NCBI GenBank assembly: GCA_009914755.4
Contig: CP086569.2
Coordinates: 28,960,001-29,024,000, forward strand
Length of the DNA stretch: 64,000 nt
Direction of reading: 5' to 3'
DNA from: the human T2T-CHM13v2.0 reference genome, Homo sapiens
Made by a program: the position numbers and the translations under genes. The notes under the pieces were generated by a model that did not search any database, was not told where the DNA came from, and saw only the letters and a program-made list of their open reading frames with translations. Of this stretch, positions 1-12,813 are shown piece after piece. Every line of letters starts with the position of its first letter. Within the stretch, counting starts at the first letter, position 1.

Positions 1-134
1 TCAATTCCATTCCAGATGATTCCATTCCATTCTATACCATTGCTCTCTGTTCCATTCCATTCCATCTGTCTCCATTCCTTTCGTTTCGATTCCTTTCCAT
101 TCCATTCCATTACATTTGATCCTATTTTATTAAA
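1..134 (+). repeat. Partial HOR unit (3' tail of the upstream unit)
   Basis: Identical to the last about 134 bp preceding other anchors, for example 56737-56870. Confidence 0.8.
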
Positions 135-3100
135 TTGCATTCTATTCGAGTGATTTCCATTCGAGTCCTTTCCATTCGATTCCATTCCATTCTATTCCAT
201 TCATTTGGATTCCATTCCATTCCGTTCCGTTCACATCAATTCCTTGCGATTCCATTACATTCGATTTCTTGCCATTCGATTCCATTCCTTTTGACTCCAT
301 TTCATTCGATTCCATTCCATTCCATTAATTTCCATTCCATTCGAGACCTTTCCATTGCAGTCTTTTCCCTTCGAGTCCATTCCGTTCGATTCCCTTCCAT
401 TCGATTCCATTCCATTTTAGTCCGTACCAGTCGAGTCCATTCTATTCCAGTCCATTAGTTTCGACTCCATTGCATTCGAGTGCATTCCATTCCGTGGCTG
501 TCCATTCCATTCCGTTTGATGCCATTCCATACGATTCCATTCAATTCGAGACCATTCTATTCCTGTCCATTCCTTGTGGTTCGATTCCATTTCACTCTAC
601 TCCATTCCATTCCATTCAATTCCATTCGACTCTATTCCGTTCCATTCAATTCCATTCCATTCGATTCCATTTTTGTCGAGAACCTTCCATTACACTCCCT
701 TCCATTCCAGTGCATTCCATTCCAGTCTCTTCAGTTCGATTCCATTCCATTCGTTTCGATTCCTTTCCATTCCAGCCCATTCCATTCCATTCCCTTCCTT
801 TCCGTTTCATTAGATTCCATTGCATTCGATTCCATTCAATTCAATTCCGTGCTATTCAATTTGATTCATTTCCATTTAATTCCTTTCCATTAGATTCCAT
901 TCCCTACGATTCCATTCCTTTTGAATCCATTCCATTGGAGTCCATTCACTTCCAGAACATTCCATTACAGTCGAATCCATTCGAGGACATTCCATTAAAG
1001 TTCATTACATTCTAATACATTCCATTCCATTGCATTCCATTCCATTCCATTCGATGCCGTTCGATTTCATTCCATGCCAAATCATTGCATTCCTTTCCAT
1101 TCCGTTCCTATCAATTCCATTCCATTCGATTTAGTTCGATTCTATTCACTTCCATTCCATTCGATTCCATTCCTTTGGAGTCAATTCCTTTTGACACCCA
1201 GCCTTTCCAGTCAGTGATTTTGGAGTCCATTTTTTTGCATTCCATTTCATTCTATGACATTCGATTCCGTTTCATTGCATTCCATTCCATACATTTTTAT
1301 TCCATTCGAGACCGTAGCATTCTGCTTTATTCCAGGCCTGTCCATTACACTACATTCCCTTCCATTCCAATGAATTCCATTGCATTCCAATCCATTCCTT
1401 TCCTTTCGCTTGCATTCCATTCTATTCTCTTCTACTGCATACAATTTCACTCCATTCGTTCCCATTCCATTCAATTCCATTCCATTCAATTCCATTCCAT
1501 TTGTTTCCATTCTCTTCGATTCCATTTTTTTATATTCCATGCCATTCGATTCCATTCTATTGGATTGCATTACATTCGTGTTCATTCCATTCCAGACCAT
1601 TCCATTTGACTCCATTCCTTTCGAGCCCTTTCAATTTGAGTCCATTCCTTTCCAGTCCATTTCACTCCAGTCCATTACAATCCATTCCATACCATTCCAT
1701 CCCATTCCATTCCATTCCATTCCACTCCATTCCATTCCATTCCATTCCATTCCATTGCATTCCATTCCATTCCGTTATATTGCACTGCACTCCATTCCAT
1801 TACATTCTACTCTATCTGAGTCGATTTTATTGCATTAGATTCTATTCCTTTGGATTACTTTCCATTCAATTACATTCCATTCATGTACATTCCATTCCAG
1901 TCAATTACATTCGAGATCATTACATTACATTCCAGTATATTCCATTGTATTCGATCCCATTCCTTTCAATTCCATTTCATTCGACTCCATTATATTCGAT
2001 TCCATTCCACTCGAATCCATTCCATTAGAGGACATTCCATTCCAATGCATTCCATTCCATTCCATAGCATTCCATTGCATTCGATTCCATTCCATTTGAT
2101 GCCATTCCATTTGATGCCATTCCATGACATTCCATTCCATTCGAGTCCATTCCGTTCCAATTCATTCCATTCCGTTTCATGAAATTCGAGTCCTTTCCAG
2201 TACATTTCAATCCAATCCCATCCAATCCAATCTACTCCATTCAATTCCTTTCCATTCCATTTGATTATATTCCATTGATTTGATTCCATTCAGTTTGATT
2301 CCATTCCGTGAAATTTCGTTCCATTCTATTCCATTGCATTACTTTCCATTCAATTCCATTCCATTTCATTTCAGTCCATTCGTTTCCTTTCCTTTCGATT
2401 CAATTCCATTTGATTCCACTCCATTCTATGCGATTTCATTCCAATCGATTCAATTCCATTCGATGACATTCCTTTCGTTTCCATTCCATTCGAGTCCATT
2501 CAATTGGAGCATTCGTGTCCATTCTATTCGAGTCCATTCCATTACCGTCTATTCTGTTCCCTTCCATTCCTGTTGATTCAATTTCATTCCCTTCCATTCG
2601 ATTCCTTTCCATTCGATTCCATTCCTTTCCATTCCATTCCATTCGTTCCCATTCCATGTGATTTCATTCCATTCCAGTCCATTATATTCGAGTCCACTCC
2701 ACTCCATTCTATTACATTCAATTCCTTTTGAGTCCGTTCCATAACACTCCATTCATTTCGATTCCATTTCTTGCCAGTTTTCTTCCATTTTATTCCATTC
2801 CGTTCGATTCCATTCCATTCGATTGCATTCCATTCGAATCCTTTCCATTCCATTTCATTCCATTCCTTTCTATTCCATTCCATTTCATTCGATTTGATTC
2901 CATTCTGTTCTATTCCATTCAATTCTTTTTCATTCCATTCGAATCCTTTCTATTGCAGTCCATTCCATTCGAGTCCATTCCAATCCCTTCCATTCCATTC
3001 CATTACAGTCCATTCCAATAGATTCCATTCCTTTGCCTTCCATTCGAATCCATTCCATTCTAGTCCATTCCATTTGAGTCAATTCCATTCTATTCCTTTC

Positions 3101-3693
3101 CAATCCATTCGATTCCATTCGATTCAATTCCGTTTGATTCTCTTTCATTCTATTTTATTCCATGCCATTTGATTGCATTGCATTCCATTCCGTTTGATTC
3201 CAGTCCATTCAAGATAGTTCCATTCCAGTCCATTGCTTTCCAGTCCATTCCATTCCACTCTAGTCTATTCCACTCCATTCCTTTCCATTCCATTCCATAC
3301 TATTCCATTCCATTCCTTTGCATTCCGTTTCCAATCTATTCGAGTCCATTGCATTCCAGTCCAATCCATTCGATTACATTCCTTTTGATTCCCTGCCAGT
3401 CGATTGCATTGCATACTAGACCATTCCAAAGGAGTCCATTCCATTCTATCTCAACACTTTCCATTCCACTCTGTTCGAGTCCATTCCATTCCAGTCCATT
3501 TAATTCAAGGGCATTCCATTCCATTCCATTCCATTCCATTTCATATTATTCCATTCCATTCAATTCCATTCCAGATGATTCCATTCCATTCTATACCATT
3601 GCTCTCTGTTCCATTCCATTCCATATGTCTCCATTCCTTTCGTTTCGATTCCTTTCCATTCCATTCCATTACATTTGATCCTATTTTATTAAA
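135..3693 (+). repeat. HOR unit 1, full length (3559 bp)
   Basis: Anchor (ttgcattctattcgagtgatttcc) at 135, next anchor at 3694. Non-pentameric island at about 1185-1350 with GGCC at 1335-1338. Confidence 0.85.
1185..1350 (+). other. Non-pentameric diverged island inside the HOR. It carries the single HaeIII site of the unit and recurs at the same offset in every full unit.
   Basis: Sequence gacacccagcctttccagtcagtgattttggagtccatttttttgc ... accgtagcattctgctttattccaggcctgtccattacactacattccc. Copies are at about 7000-7160, 10540-10700, 13890-14050 and so on. Confidence 0.8.
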
Positions 3694-5942
3694 TTGCATT
3701 CTATTCGAGTGATTTCCATTCGAGTCCTTTCCATTCGATTCCATTCCATTCTATTCCATTCCTTTGGATTCCATTCCATTCCGTTCCGTTCACATCAATT
3801 CCTTGCGATTCCATTACATTCGATTTCTTGCCATTCGATTCCATTCCTTTTGACTCCATTTCATTCGATTCCATTCCATTCCATTAATTTCCATTCCATT
3901 CGAGACCTTTCCATTGCAGTCTTTTCCCTTCGAGTCCATTCCGTTCGATTCCCTTCCATTCGATTCCATTCCATTGGAGTCCGTACCAGTCGAGTCCATT
4001 CTATTCCAGTCCATTAGTTTCGACTCCATTGCATTCGAGTGCATTCCATTCCGTGGCTGTCCATTCCATTCCGTTTGATGCCATTCCATACGATTCCATT
4101 CAATTCGAGACCATTCTATTCCTGTCCATTCCTTGTGGTTCGATTCCATTTCACTCTAGTCCATTCCATTCCATTCAATTCCATTCGACTCTATTCCGTT
4201 CCATTCAATTCCATTCCATTCGATTCCATTTTTTTCGAGAACCTTCCATTACACTCCCTTCCATTCCAGTGCATTCCATTCCAGTCTCTTCAGTTCGATT
4301 CCATTCCATTCCATAGCATTCCATTGCATTCGATTCCATTCCATTTGATGCCATTCCATTTGATGCCATTCCATGACATTCCATTCCATTCGAGTCCATT
4401 CCGTTCCAATTCATTCCATTCCGTTTCATGAAATTCGAGTCCTTTCCAGTACATTTCATTCCAATCCCATCCAATCCCATCTACTCCATTCAATTCCTTT
4501 CCATTCCATTTGATTATATTCCATTGATTTGATTCCATTCAGTTTGATTCCATTCCGTGAAATCTCCTTCCATTCTCTTCCATTGCATTACTTTCCATTC
4601 AATTCCATTCCATTTCATTTCAGTCCATTCGCTTCCTTTCCTTTCGATTCAATTCCATTTGATTCCACTCCATTCTATGCGATTTCATTCCAATCGATTC
4701 AATTCCATTCGATGACATTCCTTTCGTTTCCATTCCATTCGAGTCCATTCAATTTGAGCATTCGTGTCCATTCTATTCGAGTCCATTCCATTACCGTCTA
4801 TTCTATTCCCTTCCATTCCTGTTGATTCAATTTCATTCCCTTCCATTCGATTCCTTTCCATTCGATTCCATTCCTTTCCATTCCATTCCATTCGTTCCCA
4901 TTCCATGTGATTTCATTCCATTCCAGTCCATTATATTCGAGTCCACTCCACTCCATTCTATTACATTCAATTCCTTTTGAGTCCGTTCCATAAAACTCCA
5001 TTCATTTCTATCCCATTTCTTGCCAGTTTTCTTCCATTTTATTCCATTCCGTTCGATTCCATTCCATTCGATTGTATTCCATTCGAATCCTTTCCATTCC
5101 ATTTCATTCCATTCCTTTCTATTCCATTCCATTTCATGCGATTTGATTCCATTCTGTTCTATTCCATTCAATTCTTTTTCATTCTATTCGAATCCATTCT
5201 ATTGCAGTCCATTCCAATCGAGTCCATTCCAATCCCTTCCATTCCATTCCATTACAGTCCATTCCAATAGATTCCATTCCTTTGCCTTCCATTCGAATCC
5301 ATTCCATTCTAGTCCATTCCATTTGAGTCAATTCCATTCCATTCCATTCTATTCCTTTCCAATCCATTCGATTCCATTCGATTCAATTCCATTTGATTCT
5401 CTTTCATTCTATTTTATTCCATGCCATTTGATTGCATTGCATTCCATTCCGTTTGATTCCAGTCCATTCAAGAAAGTTCCATTCCAGTCCATTGCTTTCC
5501 AGTCCATTCCATTCCACTCTAGTCTATTCCACTCCATTCCTTTCCATTCCATTCCATACTATTCCATTCCATTCCTTTGCATTCCGTTTCCAATCTATTC
5601 GAGTCCATTGCATTCCAGTCCAATCCATTCGATTCCATTCCTTTTGATTCCCTGCCAGTCGATTGCATTGCATACTACACCATCCCAAAGGAGTCCATTC
5701 CATTCTCTTTCAACACATTCCATTGCACTCTGTTCGAGTCCATTCCATTCCAGTCCATTTAATTCAAGGGCATTCCATTCCATTCCATTTCATATTATTC
5801 CATTCCATTCAATTCCATTCCAGATGATTCCATTCCATCCTATACCATTGCTCTCTGTTCCATTCCATTCCATCTGTCTCCATTCCTTTCGTTTCGATTC
5901 CTTTCCATTCCATTCCATTACATTTGATCCTATTTTATTAAA
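3694..5942 (+). repeat. HOR unit 2, deletion variant (2249 bp); lacks about 1.31 kb (unit offsets about 615-1925)
   Basis: At about 4301-4312, ...cagttcgattccattccatt joins directly to ccatagcattccattgcattcg..., which in unit 1 lies at about 2055. The junction sits inside ccattccatt microhomology. The HaeIII-bearing island is absent. Confidence 0.85.
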
Positions 5943-8900
5943 TTGCATTCTATTCGAGTGATTTCCATTCGAGTCCTTTCCATTCGATTCCATTCCATTC
6001 TATTCCATTCCTTTGGATTCCATTCCATTCCGTTCCGTTCACATCAATTCCTTGTGATTCCATTACATTCGATTTCTTGCCATTCGATTCCATTCCTTTT
6101 GACTCCATTTCATTCGATTCCATTCCATTCCATTAATTTCCATTCCATTCGAGACCTTTCCATTGCAGTCTTTTCCCTTCGAGTCCATTCCGTTCGATTC
6201 CCTTCCATTCGATTCCATTCCATTGGAGTCCGTACCAGTCGAGTCCATTCTATTCCAGTCCATTAGTTTCGACTCCATTGCATTCGAGTGCATTCCATTC
6301 CGTGGCTGTCCATTCCATTCCGTTTGATGCCATTCCATACGATTCCATTCAATTCGAGACCATTCTATTCCTGTCCATTCCTTGTGGTTCGATTCCATTT
6401 CACTCTAGTCCATTCCATTCCATTCAATTCCATTCGACTCTATTCCGTTCCATTCAATTCCATTCCATTCGATTCCATTTTTGTCGAGAACCTTCCATTA
6501 CACTCCCTTCCATTCCAGTGCATTCCATTCCAGTCTCTTCAGTTCGATTCCATTCCATTCGTTTCGATTCCTTTCCATTCCAGCCCATTCCATTCCATTC
6601 CTTTCCTTTCCGTTTCATTAGATTCCATTGCATTCGATTCCATTCAATTCAATTCCGTGCTATTCAATTTGATTCATTTCCATTTAATTCCATTCCATTA
6701 GATTCCATACCGTACGATTCCATTCCTTTTGAATCCATTCCATTGGAGTCCATTCACTTCCAGAACATTCCATTACAGTCGAATCCATTCGAGGACATTC
6801 CATTAAAGTTCACTACATTCTAATACATTCCATTCCATTGCATTCCATTCCATTCCATTCGATGCCGTTCGATTCCATTCCATGCCAAATCATTGCATTC
6901 CTTTCCATTCCGTTCCTATCAATTCCATTCCATTCGATTTAGTTCGATTCTATTCACTTCCATTCCATTCGATTCCATTCCATTGGAGTGAATTCCTTTT
7001 GACACCCAGCTTTTCCAGTCAATGATTTTGGAGTCTATTTTTTTGCATTCCATTACATTCTATGACATTCGATTCCGTTTCATTGCATTCCATTCCATAC
7101 ATTTTTATTCCATTCGAGACCGTAGCATTCTGCTTTATTCCAGGCCTGTCCATTACACTACCTTCCCTTCCATTCCAATGAATTCCATTGCATTCCAATC
7201 CATTCCTTTCCTTTCGCTTGCATTCCATTCTATTCTCTTCTACTGCATACAATTTCACTCCATTCGTTCCCATTCCATTCAATTCCGTTCCATTCAATTC
7301 CATTCCATTTGTTTCCATTCTCTTCGATTCCATTTCTTTATATTCCATGCCATTCGATTCCATTCTATTGGATTGCATTACATTCGTGTTCATTCCATTC
7401 CAGACCATTCCATTTGACTCCATTCCTTTCGAGCCCTTTCAATTTGAGTCCATTCCTTTCCAGTCCATTTCACTCCAGTCCATTACTATCCATTCCATAC
7501 CATTCCATCCCATTCCATTCCATTCCATTCCATTCCATTCCATTGCATTCCTTTCCATTCCATTCCATTGCACTGCACTCCATTCCATTACATTCTACTC
7601 TATCTGAGTCGATTTTATTGCATTAGATTCTATTCCATTGGATTACTTTCCATTCGATTACATTTCATTCATGTACATTCCATTCCAGTCAATTACATTC
7701 GAGTTCATTACATTACATTCCAGTATATTCCATTGTATTCGATCCCATTCCTTTCAATTCCATTTCATTCGACTCCATTATATTCGATTCCATTCCACTC
7801 GAATCCATTCCATTAGAGGACATTCCATTCCATTGCATTCCATTCCATTCCATAGAATTCCATTGCATTCGATTCCATTCCATTTGATGCCATTTCATTT
7901 GATGCCATTCCATGACATTCCATTCCATTCGAGTCCATTCCGTTCCAATTCATTCCATTCCGTTTCATGAAATTCGAGTCCTTTCCAGTACATTTCATTC
8001 CAATCCCATCCAATCCCATCTACTCCATTCAATTCCTTTCCATTCCATTTGATTATATTCCATTGATTTGTTTCCATTCACTTTGATTCCATTCCGTGAA
8101 ATTTCCTTCCTTTCTCTTCCATTGCATTACTTTCCATTCAATTCCATTCCATTTCATTTCAGTCCATTCGCTTCCTTTCTTTTCGATTCAATTCCATTTG
8201 ATTCCACTCCATTCTATGCGATTTCATTCCAATCGATTCAATTCCATTCGATGACATTCCTTTCGTTTCCATTCCATTCGAGTCCATTCAATTTGAGCAT
8301 TCGTGTCCATTCTATTCGAGTCCATTCCATTACCGTCTATTCTATTCCCTTCCATTCCTGTTGATTCAATTTCATTCCCTTCCATTCGATTCCTTTCCAT
8401 TCGATTCCATTCCTTTCCATTCCATTCCATTCGTTCCCATTCCATGTGATTTCATTCCATTCCAGTCCATTATATTCGAGTCCACTCCACTCCATTCTAT
8501 TACATTCAATTCCTTTTGAGTCCGTTCCATAACACTCCTTTCATTTCGATTCCATTTCTTGCCAGTTTTCTTCCATTTTATTCCATTCCGTTCGATTCCA
8601 TTCCATTCGATTGCATTCCATTCGAATCCTTTCCATTCCATTTCATTCCATTCCTTTCTATTGCATTCCCTTTCATGCGATTTGATTCCATTCTGTTCTA
8701 TTCCATTCAATTCTTTTTCATTCCATTCGCATCCTTTCTATTGCAGTCCATTCCATTCGAGTCCATTCCAATCCCTTCCATTCCATTCCATTACAGTCCA
8801 TTCCAATAGATTCCATTCCTTTGCCTTCCATTCGAATCCATTCCATTCTAGTCCATTCCATTTGAGTCAATTCCATTCCATTCCATTCTATTCCTTTCCA

Positions 8901-9486
8901 ATCCATTCGATTATATTCGATTCAATTCCATTTGATTCTCTTTCATTCTATTTTATTCCATGACGTTTGATTGCATTGCATTACATTCCGTTTGATTCCA
9001 GTCCATTCAAGAAAGTTCCATTCCAGTCCATTGCTTTCGAGTCCATTCCATTCCACTCTAGTCTATTCCACTCCATTCCTTTCCATTCCATTCCATACTA
9101 TTCCATTCCATTCCTTTGCATTCCATTTCCAATCTATTCGAGTCCATTGCATTCCAGTCCATTCCATTCGATTACATTCCTTTTGATTCCCTGCCAGTCG
9201 ATTGCATTGCATACTAGACCATTCCAAAGGAGTCCATTCCATTCTATCTCAACACTTTCCATTCCACTCTGTTCGAGTCCATTCCATTCCAGTCCATTTA
9301 ATTCAAGGGCATTCCATTCCATTCCATTCCATTTCATATTATTCCATTCCATTCAATTCCATTCCAGATGATTCCATTCCATTCTATACCATTGCTCTCT
9401 GTTCCATTCCATTCCATCTGTCTCCATTCCTTTCGTTTCGATTCCTTTCCATTCCATTCCATTACATTTGATCCTATTTTATTAAA
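5943..9486 (+). repeat. HOR unit 3 (3544 bp)
   Basis: Anchor-to-anchor spacing. GGCC at about 7143. Shares private variants with unit 19 (60420-63968). Confidence 0.85.
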
Positions 9487-12400
9487 TTGCATTCTATTCG
9501 AGTGATTTCCATTCGAGTCCTTTCCATTCGATTCCATTCCTTTGGATTTCATTCCATTCCGTTCCGTTCACATCAATTCCTTGCGATTCCATTACATTCG
9601 ATTTCTTGCCATTCGATTCCATTCCTTTTGACTCCATTTCATTCGATTCCATTCCATTCCATTAATTTCCATTCCATTCGAGACCTTTCCATTGCAGTCT
9701 TTTCCCTTCGAGTCCATTGCGTTCGATTCCCTTCCATTCGATTCCATTCCATTGGAGTCCGTACCAGTCGAGTCCATTCTATTCCAGTCCATTAGTTTCG
9801 ACTCCATTGCATTCGAGTTCATTCCATTCCGTGGCTGTCCATTCCATTCCGTTTGATGTCATTCCATACGATTCCATTCAATTCGAGACCATTCTATTCC
9901 TGTCCATTCCTTTTGGTTCGATTCCATTTCACTCTAGTCCATTCCATTCCATTCAATTCCATTCGACTCTATTCCGTTCCATTCAATTCCATTCCGTTCG
10001 ATTCCATTTTTGTCGAGAACCTTCCATTACACTCCCTTCCATTCCAGTGCATTCCATTCCAGTCTCTTCAGTTCGATTCCATTCCATTCATTTCGATTCC
10101 TTTCCGTTCCAGCCCATTCCATTCCATTCCATTCCTTTCCATTCCGTTTCTTTAGATTCCATTGCATTCGATTCCATTCAATTCAGTTCCGTGCTATTCA
10201 ATTTGATTCATTTCCATTTAATTCCATTCCATTAGATTCCATTCCGTACGATTCCAGTCCTTTTGAATGCATTACATTGGAGTCCATTCACTTCCAGAAC
10301 ATTCCATTCCAGTCGAATCCATTCGAGGACATTCCATTAAAGTTCATTACATTCTAATACATTCCATTCCATTGCATTCCATTCCATTCCATTCGATGCC
10401 ATTCGATTCCATTCCATGCCAAATCATTGCATTCCTTTCCATTCCGTTCCTATCAATTCCATTCCATTCGATTTAGTTCGATTCTATTCACTTCCATTCC
10501 ATTCGATTCCATTCCATTGGAGTCAATTCCTTTCGACTCCCAGCCTTTCCAGTCAATGATTTTGGAGTCCATTTTTTTGCATTCCATTACATTCTATGAC
10601 ATTCGATTCCGTTTCATTGCATTCCATTCCATACATTTTTATTCCATTCGAGACCGTAGCATTCTGCTTTATTCCAGGCCTGTCCATTACACTACATTCC
10701 CTTCCATTCCAATGAATTCCATTCCATTCCAATCCATTCCTTTCCTTTCGCTTGCATTCCATTCTATTCTCTTCTACTGCATACAATTTCACTCCATTCG
10801 TTCCCATTCCATTCAATTCCATTCCATTCAATTCCATTCCATTTGTTTCCATTCTCTTCGATTCCATTTCTTTATATTCCATGAAATTCGATTCCTTTCT
10901 ATTGGATTGCATTACATTCGTGTTCATTCCATTCCAGACCATTCCATTTGACTCCATTCCTTTCGAGCCCTTTCAATTTGAGTCCATTCTTTCCAGTCCA
11001 TTTCACTCCAGTCCATTACTATCCATTCCATACCATTCCATCCCATTCCATTCCATTCCATTCCATTCCATTACATTCCATTCCATTGCCTTCCATTCCA
11101 TTCCATTCCATTGCACTGCACTCCATTCCATTACATTCTACTCTATTTGAGTCGATTTTATTGCATTAGATTCTATTCCATTGGATTACTTTCCATTGAT
11201 TCCATTCCATTTGATGCCATTCCATTTGATGCCATTCCATGACATTCCATTCCATTCGAGTCCATTCCGTTCCAATTCATTCCATTCCGTTTCATGAAAT
11301 TCGAGTCCTTTCCAGTACATTTCATTCCAATCCCATCCAATCCCATCTACTCCATTCAATTCCTTTCCATTCCATTTGATTATATTCCATTGATTTGATT
11401 CCATTCAGTTTGATTCCATTCCGTGAAATTTCCTTCCATTCTCTTCCATTGCATTACTTTCCATTCAATTCCATTCCATTTCATTTCAGTCCATTCGCTT
11501 CCTTTCCTTTCGATTCAATTCCATTTGATTCCACTCCATTCTATGCGATTTCATTCCAATCGATTCAATTCCATTCGATGACATTCCTTTCGTTTCCATT
11601 CCATTCGAGTCCATTCAATTTGAGCATTCGTGTCCATTCTATTCGAGTCCATTCCATTACCGTCTATTCTATTCCCTTCCATTCCTGTTGATTCAATTTC
11701 ATTCCCTTCCATTCGATTCCTTTCCATTCGATTCCATTCCTTTCCATTCCATTCCATTCGTTCCCATTCCATGTGATTTCATTCCATTCCAGTCCATTAT
11801 ATTCGAGTCCACTCCACTCCATTCTATTACATTCAATTCCTTTTGAGTCCGTTCCATAACACTCCATTCATTTCGATTCCATTTCTTGCCAGTTTTCTTC
11901 CATTTTATTCCATTCCGTTCGATTCCATTCCATTCGATTGCATTCCATTCGAATCCTTTCCATTCCATTTCATTCCATTCCTTTCTATTCCATTCCATTT
12001 CATTCGATTTGATTCCATTCTGTTCTATTCCATTCAATTCTTTTTCATTCCATTCGAATCCTTTCTATTGCAGTCCATTCCATTCGAGTCCATTCCAATC
12101 CCTTCCATTCCATTCCATTACAGTCCATTCCAATAGATTCCATTCCTTTGCCTTCCATTCGAATCCATTCCATTCTAGTCCATTCCATTTGAGTCAATTC
12201 CATTCCATTCCATTCTATTCCTTTCCAATCCATTCGATTCCATTCGATTCAATTCCGTTTGATTCTCTTTCATTCTATTTTATTCCATGACATTTGATTG
12301 CATTGCATTCCATTCCGTTTGATTCCAGTCCATTCAAGAATGTTTCATTCCAGTCCATTGCTTTCCAGTCAATTCCATTCCACTCTAGTCTATTCCACTC

Positions 12401-12813
12401 CATTCCTTTCCATTCCATTCCATACTATTCCATTCCATTCCTTTGCATTCCGTTTCCAATCTATTCGAGTCCATTGCATTCCAGTCCAATCCATTCGATT
12501 ACATTCCTTTTGATTCCCTGCCAGTCGATTGCATTGCATACTAGACCATTCCAAAGGAGTCCATTCCATTCTATCTCAACACTTTCCATTCCACTCTGTT
12601 CGAGTCCATTCCATTCCAGTCCATTTAATTCAAGGGCATTCCATTCCATTCCATTCCATTTCATATTATTCCATTCCATTCAATTCCATTCCAGATGATT
12701 CCATTCCATTCTATACCATTGCTCTCTGTTCCATTCCATTCCATCTGTCTCCATTCCTTTCGTTTCGATTCCTTTCCATTCCATTCCATTCCATTTGATC
12801 CTATTTTATTAAA
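9487..12813 (+). repeat. HOR unit 4, deletion variant (3327 bp)
   Basis: A 15-bp (3-pentamer) deletion at about 9541 (attctattccattcc missing). A deletion of about 220 bp with junction at about 11196 (ggattactttccatt|gattccattccatttgatgcc) removes the region equivalent to unit-1 1870-2090. Confidence 0.8.

Noticed and set aside
1185-1350. Non-pentameric islands as transposable-element insertions (Alu/L1/SVA fragments)
   Set aside because: They recur at the same offset in every unit, so they are part of the HOR. They lack poly-A tails, target-site duplications and recognisable Alu or L1 sequence.
5020-5961. Longest ORFs in the track (270-313 aa, for example 5020-5961, 59497-60438 and 33208-34020), considered as possible CDS
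   Set aside because: They translate to pure HSIPF/FHSNPF-type pentamer-derived low complexity. Equivalent ORFs exist in every frame on both strands and at every unit, and their length simply reflects the absence of stop codons in (TTCCA)n. There is no evidence of coding selection.
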